41,757 nt of DNA from Octopus bimaculoides. Its lineage: Eukaryota. This document shows positions 22,931 to 35,210 of the stretch, piece after piece; position 1 is the stretch's first letter; every line of letters begins with the position of its first letter. Below the pieces are notes generated by a model. That model saw nothing but the letters and a program-made list of their open reading frames with translations, did not search any database and had not been told where the DNA came from. The stretch covers positions 22,422,816 to 22,464,572 of the forward strand of contig NC_068991.1 of the NCBI RefSeq assembly GCF_001194135.2, read 5' to 3'. Both the position numbers and the translations under genes were made by a program.

Positions 22931-23763
22931 CTAAAGAAGACTTATCGTGACGCAAGATGTCGCATTGGCCATTAAACTTGAAAAGTCTGGTGTTGCTGTT
23001 GTTAATGTTGGTAGTAATAATACTGATGACGATATTACTGCTGCTGCTGTTATTAGCAGTGTTGTTTTCCCCTTTATCTCTATTGGGTCCGCACCACCAC
23101 CATCTTCCCCCCACCTGCCCCCCTTGTCCGTTTGTATCTGTCATTTCTCGTCACAGGTAGCAACCATCCATTCCATACGTTCACATTAGTGTTGTTTCCA
23201 CACGACATTATTGCAATTTTATTTATTCTCCATATAACAGCATAGTAGCATTTTAAGACTCGCGCACATTTTTTCCTTCACTATACTGTCGTTCAATTAA
23301 TTCACTCTGTCGTCCTTCTCTCACTCTTCAATTCTTTCTGTGTGTGTGTGTGTCACACTGACTCTTGTTTTCTTTCTCATTCCGTTACACTCTCGAACTA
23401 TTTCTCTTCTCTTTCCTCCTCTTTCTGTTTCACTCTCTCTCTCTCTTTATGTTATACTCTATCTTTCTCTCTCTTTATGTTATACTCTATCTTTCTCTCT
23501 CTCGCTCTCTTACTCACGCACACGCATTTTCTGCCTCGCACTCTTTTTGTCTTTTCCCTCCTCTCTCTCTCTCTCTCTCTCTCTCCGTGTCTCTCGCACA
23601 CACAAACACACTGTCACAGTTTCACACTGTTTCTGTCTGTGTCATTTACTTTCATTGATCTGTTAAAACAAATTGGTTTTTCATATTATTAAAATAACTT
23701 CGTTCATAAATTCTGCTGCATTAAAAAAAAAATTAACTATAATAATATACTTAGCAACCTAGC

Positions 23764-23802
<39 letters not shown>

Positions 23803-24314
23803 CGTATAATTATATTTTATTTAGTACAATAACCTATTAAAAGTTGTCTCTATAAACCATGTTTTCTTAAAAATTTTTTTTTAAATCATTAGTTTGAATA
23901 TAATATTTTGCAGAGCAAAATAAATCAAGTTACCTCAAAATACACACAAATTACAATATTTCTAATGAATTTCCAAAAACACATGGCGCATCTAACATGA
24001 AACTCTATGAAATGTTTCTTTAGCAATATTTCGCATTATCAATCTGCAGCTTGCTTTGATCTTTCTAAAAGCGCCTCTAGCAGTCTTCAAATTAAGAGCA
24101 AAATGGCAGGAATATTTCTTCGGTGAATAATTCAATCATTTAATAGGTTACCAGAAGTGTATTCCAAAGATATTTTATCATTTCCTTGCAACGCTTTTCT
24201 TCTGTTTTAAGCACCATGTGTCTTGTAAGTTTTTCAGGTTGTTAAAAATCAAAAAAAAAAAAAAAACGAAAAGGAAACGCACGACGAAGCTGATTTATTA
24301 AATTTTTATCATTT

Positions 24315-24670
24315 ATTTGTTTCAGTCCTGGGGCACTATCCTTAAAGATTTTAGTTGAACATATTGACACCCCTGTAATTATTTTAATTATTTGTAAGTC
24401 TAGTACTTATTCTATCGAACTTTCTTTGTTGAATTTAGCAGTTCGATAAACCAACACCAGTTGCCTTGCAGTGGTAGGAGACAGACAAAAGATGCACACG
24501 TGTATACAAACACACATGATAGGCTTCCACACGATTTCCATCAACCAAATTCACCCAACGCTTGGTTGGCCCAAGGCTATAATTAGAAGACATTTGCCTC
24601 CGGTACCACACAGTAGAACTGTACCTGATACTGCAAGGTCGCAAAGCAAATTCCTTAACTAGACACCCCA
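24315..24670 (-). mobile_element. tRNA-derived SINE (family 1), degenerate
   Basis: Aligns by eye with the copies at 25975, 39985 and 40965 (tagtacttattctatc...ggctata.tagaagaca.ttgcc). Confidence 0.7.
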
Positions 24671-25176
24671 TGCCTATGCTGCAAATACAATAATTATAAA
24701 AAAAGTCAAATAACTAAGGAAGGTAACATTGGTCAATGTAGTTCTTAGTATCTAAAAACAAAAGGGTGGGGGTTATGTGGTGGGACCTTCTTTTTGATCA
24801 TAGATCTACTGAATTAAGACTAACCTGGAGTTAAACGATAGCAACTACAATTAATATTTATAAATTGCATGTTGTCTGTTTCAAATATTGTTTTCTGTCA
24901 GGTTTCTCTGGTCGTCTATCGATGTATTGTGATTGATTTTTGTTATTTTAATCCAACAACTTTTGTGAATTAAAATCATGTGTTGAACCTCATTAAAATG
25001 CAGCAGCAAGATACTTTATGAAAAATATAACAATGCAAATATCAAGAGATAATTCTAAATAAACTTGAAATAGATGAATAAATGACTCTATATCAGTTCT
25101 CACTTGAAGATTGCAATGGCATGAAAAACAAATTGTGAGACAAAATTTTGATTTCTGATTCAATGAAAAAAGAAAC

Positions 25177-25660
25177 TTAGGTTGGAAAGGAAGTCCATTT
25201 CACAATGGGAAAGAAATAAATGCATTTTTGATCTTAATTGATATCTTTAACCAAGTTAATATTCCTCTTCAGTATTAGTAACATAATTTCACCGATTTTT
25301 CTAATTGTCTAGCTTTCAGGCATAAAATTCTTCAGGTTTCAAAAAGGAGTAACATTGAATATTATTTTTTTAACCTTTTCACAATTAATAAAACTGTCTT
25401 CCCCCTAAATAATGTTACAATGATTGGTAAAGATGATAATCAGATGAAGCAAGGTCAGGAGAGTAAAAGAGGATGAAGCAAAAATTCCATATTTAGTGCT
25501 GTAATCTTTTTCTGTGTTACTTTGGCAATATGTGGTCTTGCATTACAACTGACCAATAATGGACACATTTTCTTCAAATCTTTATGGAATACTTCTAGTT
25601 GATGACAGTACCTCTCTCCATTAATTGTTGCATTTTGATTCAAGTGAACCATCTACTCAG
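25177..25660 (-). mobile_element. Mariner transposon 3' fragment with TIR
   Basis: ORF 25455..25652 (INGERYCHQLE...CNARPHIAKVTQKKI...LLHPLLLS is a degenerate DNARPH / HPPYSPDL) and a TIR-like ttaggttggaaaggaagt at 25177. Confidence 0.8.
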
Positions 25661-25974
25661 TGAACTAGCATGTAAGTGGCTGAGTACTCCACAGACACAC
25701 GTATCCTTGATGTAATCCTCATGCATAATCAGTGTGACACAATGTATGAGACAATCATTCTAACAGTTTCATCCAGAAGCTTTGAATTAACCGGAGGTTT
25801 ATTATAAAAGATGTCATGCAATGAGGTCGACATGGAACTTCATGGTTGCAAAACAAACTTCTTCACAATTTGACCATGCCATATCCAGCACTCAAAACAT
25901 AGAGTGGGGAAGAAACCCTGTCCCATTTCTGTCACTTGACTGTTTATCTGTTAATCTGGTATTTTATCTCTATC

Positions 25975-26335
25975 CTTTACTTGTTTCAGTCATTGGACTG
26001 TGGCCATGTTGGGTCTCACTTGAATAAATTATAAATTGACTCCAGTACATACTTTTTAAACCTGGTACTTATTCCATCATTTTCTTTTGCCAAACTGCAT
26101 ATGCTACAGGGATGTAAGCAAACACTAGTTGTCAAGCAGTGGTGGGAGAGACCCGCACGCACATCACACACATACGCACCACATGCACACAGTCACACAA
26201 CAGGTTTCTTTCAGTTTTCGTCTACCGAATTCCTTCATAAGGCTTTATTCAGCCCAGGCTCTAATAGAAGATACTTGCCCAAAATGCCATGCATTGAAAC
26301 GGAGCATGATGTCAAGTGGTTGGGAAGCAACTTTC
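25975..26335 (-). mobile_element. tRNA-derived SINE (family 1)
   Basis: Shares tacttgtttcagtcatt.gactg.ggccatg and tttcagttt.cgtctacc.aatt...tagaaga.acttgccca blocks with the other copies. Confidence 0.8.
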
Positions 26336-28029
26336 TAAGATTTGTTTCCACTTTCTAAGATACTGATTTTGGTGACCAGACTCGTAGCTGGGAGTGCTAC
26401 TGCATAGCTATGCAGAATGGAGCTTAATGTAATCCTTGTGATGGAAATTTGAGTTGGGTGTTGAAACCTGTAGTATTGTTGACAATTTTCTTCTCTGTCT
26501 TGCAGCACTTAACTATTAATGTTAATGTCATCATCAGCCCATTATTTGTTCAATTAGTAGATTTTGTTTAATTTATTTTAATCTGTAATTGATAACGTGC
26601 TATTCATGCTACACTGAAATAACAGTTAGTGATATTTTATCTTCAGAAGATAAGTTAATGTTTCATTATCAAGTTAACCTATATTTATAAACTTAATGGA
26701 TATTTTAAAAATATATTTTCTATTTTTAATCAGTTTACAGGTATATTTTACATGTTTATGTGTTCACTGTACTATTTTTATTTACACTGCATTCATGTTT
26801 CCAGAGAAATCGGTGTTATTAGTCCTCCTAGGATTCAATAAATCTATGATCATTAAAAGCAGTCAATCCATGACTGTCCTGTTATTCTAGATACTGTAAT
26901 TCAGACTACTTTGTTCAAAGTGTTCTCTTGTTTAGGTGACATGTTTAGCATGGTGTTTAGAAATAGGAGGAAGTACTGGAGTTAAGTAGGTTTAAGTTGT
27001 AGTTGGTAGAGCTCCAGAACTTCGTAAACAGAAACTTATAGAAAAGGTAGTTTCCTTGTAGACCAATGTTGTAGAGTTGTGATTTAAGAATGTTGATGAT
27101 TAAAAGTCTCGCTTATTAATTAGAGGGCACTTCGTTTATGGTCCAGATTGTATTTTGTGCAGGGGTTTCATTGCTGTCTGTATTTAAGACAAAGTCAGTC
27201 ATGACAAAGCAACTCTATGGTAATCCCATCTTCTCCTGAGATCCATTGCATGCAAAACCAATGCCCAATGGCAAGTCTTGGTGTTTATGCCTCTCCTAAG
27301 AATGTTAATCCTATACATCCCCTAATATGTAAAAATAAAGGACAAACAAACAAGACAATAAGATATTCCCCTCCCCCAACTTATTTAGAGTTGGCCATAA
27401 AACAGCATATACAAATAAAAAATACCACTCAGGCTTAGTATGAAGAGGAATAACTAAAGGATTGTTGTTTAGCTCCAGATCATCCCCATCAAGTATCAAA
27501 ATTATTCCAGCTTCATTTTTTTTTTCCTACCTGAATTTTTTTAAAGGTAAGCTGTGATTTGAGGAAGATTTGGTTACTATTTCATTTTTTAAGCAATGAC
27601 ATAGAGGCTCTGTGTATGTGTGGATGAGTGAGTGTATGCACACATGTACAGTAAGTGCTTGAGACTTGTGTCAAATTGGTTGGTTGTTAGGAGAAATCAT
27701 ATTCTAAGTAGAATCTTGGTGAAGTAGGTATTTAAAAGTTTGTTTTTCACCTGTGAAAGAAGATTACTTTTAAAATATCAAGTTACTCATATCTTCTCAC
27801 TATTTGAACTTCTACCTCTGCAGGTGTGAAAAAAATTTTTTTCCTCTTTTTTGTTTTGTCTTCATTTTTCCTGGTACATGTTATTGTTTGTGTGTATAGA
27901 TCTTTGCTAAAAGTTTTAGGAAATGTTTTTGAATGTCTTAGATGAATATTTTTATTATTAAGGCAGTAAACTGGCAGAATGGGTACCATGTTGACCAAGA
28001 TATTTAGTGGGCAGTTCTTATGATTCTTT

Positions 28030-28590
28030 CACATTCCAAGTTCTGGGGTCTTATAAAATAAGTACCAGTTAAATACTAGGGTCAATGTAATCAACTTGGG
28101 CCCCTTCCTTCGAAATTGCTGGCTTTGAGCCAAAATTTGGAACCATGATTATTATTATTATTATTATTATTAGTTTTAGTTGGTAAGCTAGCAGAATTTT
28201 TAGCATATTGGACAAAATGTTTAGTGATTGTTTACATTTTGAGTTCAAATATTGCCAAGGTCAACTTTGCTTTTCATTGTTACAGAATTGATAATATAAG
28301 TACCAGTCAAGTACTGGGGTCAATGTAATCAACTTACTCTCTCCCCTAACATTACTAGCCTTGTTGCCAAAATTTGAAACTGTTAAACAGTAAGCTGGCA
28401 GAGTCGATACTACATCAGAGAATGTGCTTAGCAGCATTTCTTCCAGCTTTGGGTTCTGTGTTCAAATTCTGCTGTGATTGACTTTGTCTTGCATCCTTTC
28501 ATGGTCTATAAAATAAGTACCAGTCAATCTATTCAACTTGCTATGCCCTCCAAAATTTCAGACCTTGTGCCTATAGCAGAAAAGATTATT
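28030..28590 (+). mobile_element. Cluster of tRNA-derived SINEs (family 2); main copies at 28165-28380 and 28388-28590
   Basis: A-box-like gctggcaga(a/g)t, B-box-like gagttcaaat, and body aggtcaactttgcttttca...aagtaccagt...ggggtcaatgtaatcaactt. Confidence 0.8.
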
Positions 28591-29399
28591 ATCATTATTT
28601 GGGATTGTAGATTGACTGAAATGGTAGACCATCAAATAAAATGTATTATGATATTTAGCTGTGTCACTGCAGATTCTGATTTCAAATCTGTTGGGCTCAA
28701 CTTTGCAGCTGATGAAATATGTACTAATCTAAGTATTGGAGTTGATTAAATCTGTTAATTTGTTATTCTTCTCCCACTAAATTTTCATCCTTGTGCCTAT
28801 GTAAAAAAAAATTTTTTGAAGTAGATTATTGTAAATTTTTGGGTCAGGTTTTTGTTTATTTTTCCATAAGTATGGGACACAGATCTCAAAGCTATATAAG
28901 ATGTAAAATATGAATTTGTGATGCTATTTCCCAAGGACATTAGTGACATGTATGCATGGCACTTGGAGTATTTTGGAACTGGTGCCTGGTTGTAAGACCT
29001 TATTTCATTATGTCTTTGTATTTGCATAAAGCTCTATTCACATGTACGTGTCTTTTGTGCTTTGTGTAAAACTTAAATCAGTTTATAAGCCATTCAACAT
29101 TTTACTCACCTTTCCAAATATGACTCACCACATATTGTATTTTATATATAGATAGATATGTGTATATGAGAGAGTTTATTGTATTTTCTAAATTATTGAA
29201 TACAAGTAGGTTTACTCATAATGCCAAATGAACACTGCTGCTGTTGCTATTTGTATGCAGATTTGTTTCATATATGCCATAATGTCTATTTGAGAGCTTA
29301 ACTCGATATACAAAATATATTTACTTTAACAACACTAAGATTTCAGTTCTGAAAAATATAAAAAAATAAAAAAAATTCGATCTTCTGAATGTCGCATGC

Positions 29400-29630
29400 T
29401 GCAAATAATAATCCTTTCTACTATAGGCACAAAGCCTGAAATTTAGGTGGAGCGGGATAGTCAGTTATATTGACACCAGTAAGTATTCAGCTAGTATTTA
29501 TTTTATCAACCCCCGCCTAATGGACGAGTGGCAAAGTCAATCTTTGCAGAATTTGAACGCAGAACATAGACAAACAAAACGCTACTATGCATTTTGTCTG
29601 ATGTGCTAACGATTCTGCTAGTATTGATTA
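29400..29630 (-). mobile_element. tRNA-derived SINE (family 2)
   Basis: Reverse complement of the family 2 body (ggcaaagtcaatct..gcagaatttgaac..agaac). Confidence 0.7.
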
Positions 29631-30469
29631 GAACCAATCTAACCCCCACTTTTTTTTTTCTAGAGACAATGAAAATCTCTTGAATCAAAACCAAAATCTT
29701 GCAATTGTGAACGCAACAGACTAACTACTAGGCCATGTGCCTTCACAATATATACATCTGATGTAGTATTAATTACTGGTCTAGATTTCTTGTCTACATC
29801 AAATTCTTTGCATCTAGCATTCATCAGATGGATTTGAAAATGACATCTTGTGAAATAAAGAATTTACTTTCATAATATGTATGTAAAGATTTTGTTGTAG
29901 ACAAGAGCATTTGTCATAGACTAGAAATTTAACATCAACTACTATATAATAATATTTTGTTCCCTTATATATTGAGTATCTTTATTTTGCTTGAAATAGC
30001 ACATGTCTGTATGGATATGATGGTTGTATGCATGCAAACACACATACACATTCATACACATATATATGATGGGTGTCATCACAATTTCTATCTACCAAAT
30101 TCCATTCACAAGGCGTTAGTCAACCTGAAATTATTGTAAAATACATTTGCCTCCATGGTCCAATAAATTCTTTAAAAGGTGGGTGAAAATAGTGAATTTG
30201 GTACCTGTAAATTGGCCTACTCTGAGCATGCCACTGTAGGCTAGAAAATGAAATTTGGGAAAGGGTTCTTGCTCTGGGGAGTCAGTCATTGAGATTTTGT
30301 AGAATTTCCTTGATTGGCCCTCAGCAGTTATCCCTCTATTAACGTTTGCTGGAATTTTGTTGTTACTTTGCTATCACTTTTTATATCATGAAAATTCTCA
30401 CCTTGATTTGCATTTTGTCTTTTGGGTTCTTTAAGCCCTTGTGGCTAATATAGAAATCCTCATTATAAA

Positions 30470-30720
30470 ATAATTAATCAAGTTCTGGGGCCAGTGTAAT
30501 CGACTAACTCCCTCCCTTGAAGTTTCAGGCCTTGTACTTATAGTAGAAAGGATTATCATCATCATCAAGGCAACAAGCTGTCAGAATTGTTAGTATTCCA
30601 GACAAAATGCTTAGTGGTATTTCATACGTTTTTACGTATTGAATTCAAATGCCGCCAAGATCGACTTTACCTTTTCATTCTTTCAAGGTTGATGAAATAA
30701 GCACCAATTGAGTGAGTGTT
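30470..30720 (+). mobile_element. tRNA-derived SINE (family 2) copies
   Basis: gctgtcagaattgttag...gaattcaaatgccgccaagatcgactttacc...aagcacca. Confidence 0.75.
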
Positions 30721-30999
30721 CGACTGGTAGAAAGGATTATTATTATCTCACATTGCCATATATTTGGTGGGGGCGGGGGGCGGGAGAGTGTGATAACTTG
30801 AATACCTGACTGGTACTTATTTTGTCAGCTTCACAGGGATTTTAACTCAGTCTTGTGGAACTAAACTAATTTCTGTAAAACATTATGCAAAATCATAGTG
30901 TAATCTTTTCCTTCTCCCGATATTGCATATCTTGTTTACTCCATCTTTCTTTTCTTCCTTTGTTTCTGTTCACTTTCTCTTTTCTCCTTTTTCTCCCCC

Positions 31000-31865
31000 T
31001 CTCTGCATTTTACTTATTTCATCACTCTTATCACACTCTAGCTCTTGCTTTCTCTACCTCTCTCTCTTGCTGTCTAGTGCTCTCTCTCTCTCTTGCTCTT
31101 TAGCGCTCTCTTGATCTCTAGCGCTCTCTCTAGTGCTCTCTCGCTCTCCCTCTCTCTAGTACTCTCTAGTGCTCTCGCTCTCTCTCACACTACCTCTTGC
31201 TCTCTCTCACTCTCTTCTCTTTCCCTCTCTAGTTCTCGTCTGTCTCTTTCTCTCTCCCATTCTCGTCTCTCTCTTTCCCTCTTGAGTTCTCATCTGTGTC
31301 TCTTTCTCTCATGAGGTCTCGTCTGTGTCTCTTTCTCTCATGAGGTCTCGTCTGTCTCTCTTTCTCTCATGAGGTCTCGTCTGTCTCTCTTTCTCTCATG
31401 AGGTCTCGTCTGTCTCTCTTTCTCTCATGAGGTCTCGTCTGTCTCTCTTTCTCTGTCGAGACCCCGTCAGATGAGACAGACAGGGACGAGACAGATGGCT
31501 CTCGTCACTCTCTCTCTCTCTGTTGCTCTCGTCTCTCTCTCTACCTCTCGTCCCCCCTCTCTCTCTCTACCTCTCGTCTCCCTCTCTCTACCTCTCGTCT
31601 ACCTCTCTCTACCCCCCCTCTCTCTTCCTCTTGTCTCCCTCTCTCTACCCCCTCTCTCTTCCTCTTGTCTCCCTCTCTCTCTCTCTCTCTCTCTNNNNNN
31701 NNNNNNNNNNNNNNNNNNNNNNNNNNNNNNNNNNNNNNNNNNNNNNNNNNNNNNNNNNNNNNCTCTACCTCTCTCTCTCTCTACCTCTCTCTCTCTCTAC
31801 CTCTCTCTCTCTCTACCTCTTGTCTCCCTATCTCTCTACCTCTCCTCTCTCTCTCTTTCTCTCTT

Positions 31866-31900
<35 letters not shown>
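31000..31900. repeat. CT-rich low-complexity region including a 29-bp tandem array (five atgagg cores at 31311, 31340, 31369, 31398 and 31427)
   Basis: Unit ctctttctctcatgaggtctcgtctgt[g/c]t, read directly. Confidence 0.9.
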
Positions 31901-31904
<4 letters not shown>

Positions 31905-33179
31905 AGCTCTCTTCTCTCTCTGTCTAGTTTTTACTCCTCTGTCCCTTTTATCTTCTATTTCCTCTTTTCTTTCCGGCTTTCCTCTTCCCACCTCCTTTTT
32001 TTCTCCAAAGTAAATGGTTAACAAAAGGGAAAAACCAAACTATTCAGTATTGCAATAGTCTATTAAACATGGTGTCTAAGCAAGATGTTTCCTATTAGAT
32101 TGAACATAATCTAAGTTGCCGTAATCATCTAAATCTTTTTCCTCTTGGCATTCTCTTGACTGTTTATTGCAGTTTCTGCCTGCTTTATATTATTACTGTT
32201 AACACTAAAACTTAACTGAAACACACTGACCTCTCTTTGCTTTCCTTTCCTCTCTCTCTCTCTCATACTTTCTCCAAACTTCATCTCCGTCTCTGTCTGG
32301 CATACTCCATCTTTGGTTATCCGTCTCTTTTACTTCTTACACTTCCTGGTGTAGTTAAATGAGGGAACGGAACTGTGTCGTATATTTGTGGCCATATTAA
32401 TATCTGGAAGCTGAAATGTGACATGTTTTATCTTTCTCTTTTTAATAAAATAAAGCAGGATATGTTTTTCATCCCTCCTCCCTTTTAAAAAATTTTTTTT
32501 TTTTTTTTTTTTTTTGAATAGTTGGGACTCTGACTAGCCAACACCCTTTTAATTCTTCATTATTTATTTGTTAATCTGAGAAAGTATACACTGAAATCTC
32601 ATAGTTTTGCCTTAATTTTATGTGTGCTTTTTCCATGTTGGTAAAGGTTGGAGGTAGCTTCTAGTGACATTATTCTACTGCCAAATGCCTTTCCTTACAT
32701 CATCCTTTTAGAAGATAAATGGTCAAGACCTTGCTCTATCAAGAGAGTAACTGCAATACATCCATAGGGGCGGCATCCATGGTTGTGTAACCAGCAATGA
32801 AAGGTTTGCTATTGCTCAAGCTCCCAATTCAGAATCATAATAATGGAATTGGTTGGAGACAGAGAGTCACGGGAACTTGCAAAAGCAGTGCAATAGAAGA
32901 ATAACATATTCTGCTAGATTTCACATTATCCTTAATCCATTATAAACTGCAATGTGCTATATGCACTGCACCTCTTTATCAATACATTTAAGGATTAAAG
33001 GAAAACAACTGAATTGTCTGATTTGCTGTTGAACGAATGTCTCTTATTAGTCTAAAAGGTTGCAAAATGGCAAGCATTAGAGAAGTCCTGAGAAAACTGT
33101 AAACCACAGGACAAAAAAGATTACCTCAAAATTCTTTTGTTGTAGATAGATATAGATAGATAGATATAGTTATAGATAT

Positions 33180-33220
<41 letters not shown>

Positions 33221-33319
33221 TCAGTAAATAGTGGGGTTGCATGAACCGCACATGGAGAAATAGTAGGAAAATGAAGAATAAGGCAGAATGCTAAATTGGA
33301 AGCATATTTTAATAAAGAT

Positions 33320-33357
33320 TTCTAACCGGCTTTCATTGCGAAGCAAATTTTCAAGAA
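33320..33357 (-). ncRNA. Minimal hammerhead motif, U3-A8 core (left-arm copy)
   Basis: Exact reverse complement of 33881-33918. Confidence 0.6.
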
Positions 33358-33880
33358 GGAGACTGAAAATGTTTTCTACAAAGTACAAAATGAAGAAAAT
33401 AATATATAAAATAAATGATATATAAAAAAATAACAATACCAATACATTATATTGTCTTTGAGCTTTTGAAGTTCAATGGTAGTTCATGTATATAATGGTT
33501 GGAAAAATAAGGATGCATGAGAATTGAGAGTTGTGTTAGGTTTAAAAAAAGGGTTAAAAGTTTGTGTTAAGCAGGAAATGTGGTGTCAAAACAGGAAGTG
33601 TGTGTAAGGGGAGACAAATGTTTTTAGTTGCAGTTATGAACTCTTTTTCAACAGGAAGTTTGTCTGTTCCTAGAGAAATTAGGTCACCCCTCAGTAAACC
33701 TAACACAGTAGACCTAACACGACTCTCAATTCTCATGCATCCTTATTTTTCCAACCATTATATACATGAACTACCATTGAACTTCAAAAGCTCAAAGACA
33801 ATATAATGTATTGGTATTGTTGTTTTTTTTATATATTATTTTCTTCATTTTGTACTTTGTAAAAAACATTTTCATTCTCC

Positions 33881-33918
33881 TTCTTGAAAATTTGCTTCGC
33901 AATGAAAGCCGGTTAGAA
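33881..33918 (+). ncRNA. Minimal hammerhead motif, U3-A8 core (right-arm copy)
   Basis: TTC-TTGAAAA-T-TTGC ttc GCAA-T-GAAA-GCCGGT-TA-GAA: stem I TTC/GAA, near-palindromic AGCCGGTT stem III, UA cleavage site. Confidence 0.6.
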
Positions 33919-33970
33919 ATCTTTATTAAAATATGCTTCCAATTTAGCATTCTGCCTTATTCTTCATTTT

Positions 33971-34009
<39 letters not shown>

Positions 34010-34327
34010 AAAATAAGTACTGGACTAAAATAAGTGTTAAGATCAATATGACTAAAGGTGATACACTAGTGTGGCTACAGTCCAATAATTGAAACCAATA
34101 ACAGAATGAAAGAATATGTATATCTATGCAATATATATGTGTGTGTGCATGTAAAACTATATTTTCTTTTTTAATTAGTCTGAGAAGGAAGAAGAATGCC
34201 AATAACTTTCTCAGGCTTGTCTGGTCTGAGTGGGAAAGTCTAATATCCAATAATAATTGATTGAGGTTTGGTATTTTTGTTTGGCTTGAAAAATTTGTTT
34301 AGAAAATCTAGCTGGTCACCCTCCTCT

Positions 34328-34529
34328 CTAACCCTTTCGTTACCATGCCAGCTGAAACCAGTTCTTGCTCTGAGTACAATAAAATCTTCCACCAAACCTT
34401 AGTCACAGTTTATGTTCCTAACACTAACTGAATGATAACTAAGTTATTTTACTAAATTCTTTATTATATTTAAAGTAATTGAAAGAAATGCAGAGCATCT
34501 CAAAATAAATACAGTAACAAAAGGGTTAA
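34328..34529. mobile_element. piggyBac-like MITE
   Basis: TIRs CCCTTTCGTTAC / GTAACAAAAGGG flanked by (c)TAA and TTAA. The internal agttattttactaaattc block is shared with the copies at 40.8 kb and (reverse) 35.8 kb. Confidence 0.8.
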
Positions 34530-34624
34530 TGACCTCTTTCGTCCAAAGTTAGGGTGTGCTCAGTGTTACGTGTCCTTTATGGCACAAGCTGAAAGTCGCT
34601 AGTTTCTAGTTCAATATTTAGTAT

Positions 34625-35210
34625 ACTTGGCTGTATGGTTAAGAAGTTTGCTTTGCTACCATATGGTTTTGGGTTCAGTCTCACTGTATGGTACACTTTG
34701 GCAAGTGTCTTCTACTATAACTTTAGGCCAGTGGTTCTCAGTTAGGGTCCATATAAGATTTTGTTGTTAAAATTGATGTCCAATATAATTAGTTATGCTT
34801 CTAAAAATATTTCAACAATTTTTTTATAAGACAATTCCTAATAATATACAATTATAAAAGTATAATAGAATTTTATTTAAACACTGAATGGCTGGGGGTG
34901 GGGGTGGGCATCTGAGTAAAATAGGAATTAAAGGGGTCCATAGGCAAAAAATGGTTGAGAACCACTGTTCCAGGCCAACCAATACCTTGAGAGAATTTGG
35001 TGGACAGAAACTGTCTGGAAGCATGTTGTGTGTATGTGTTTGTCCCTCCCCCACTGCTTGACAACCAGTGTTGATTTGTTTACATCTCTGTAACTTAGTG
35101 ATTCAGCAAAAGACTAAGAAAATAAGTACTAGAGTTGGTTTGTTCAACAAACCTTTTCAAGGTGGTACTCCAGCATGGCCACAGTCCAATGACTGAAACA
35201 AGGAAACGTC
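34625..35210 (+). mobile_element. tRNA-derived SINE (family 1) interrupted by a hAT-type MITE
   Basis: Head tggctgtatggttaagaagtttgc...gggttcagtctcactg (A/B boxes). The body resumes after 34975 with caggccaaccaataccttgagagaatttggtggacagaaactg. Confidence 0.8.
34729..34967. mobile_element. hAT/Charlie-type MITE
   Basis: Perfect 12-bp TIRs CAGTGGTTCTCA / TGAGAACCACTG, with a degenerate 8-bp TSD ctttaggc / ttccaggc. Confidence 0.85.

Larger units (their letters stand above)
33264..33974. mobile_element. Head-to-head inverted repeat (arms 33264-33541 and 33712-33974, 170-bp spacer), putative Penelope-type pseudo-LTR pair
   Basis: The 278/263-bp arms are almost identical reverse complements apart from a roughly 15-nt indel. 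The right arm ends in (TA)n. Confidence 0.92.

Noticed and set aside
27000-27500. Minus-strand GEDGITIELL peptide resembling the start of a LINE RT domain
   Set aside because: It is a single short motif, and the flanking RT motifs are not recoverable by eye.
31290-31455. Regular 29-bp repeats as a possible CRISPR array
   Set aside because: The units are contiguous with no unique spacers, there are no cas genes, and the context is eukaryotic.
30885-32024. Leu/Ser-rich ORFs of up to 180 aa
   Set aside because: These are translations of (CT)n low-complexity DNA spanning an N gap.
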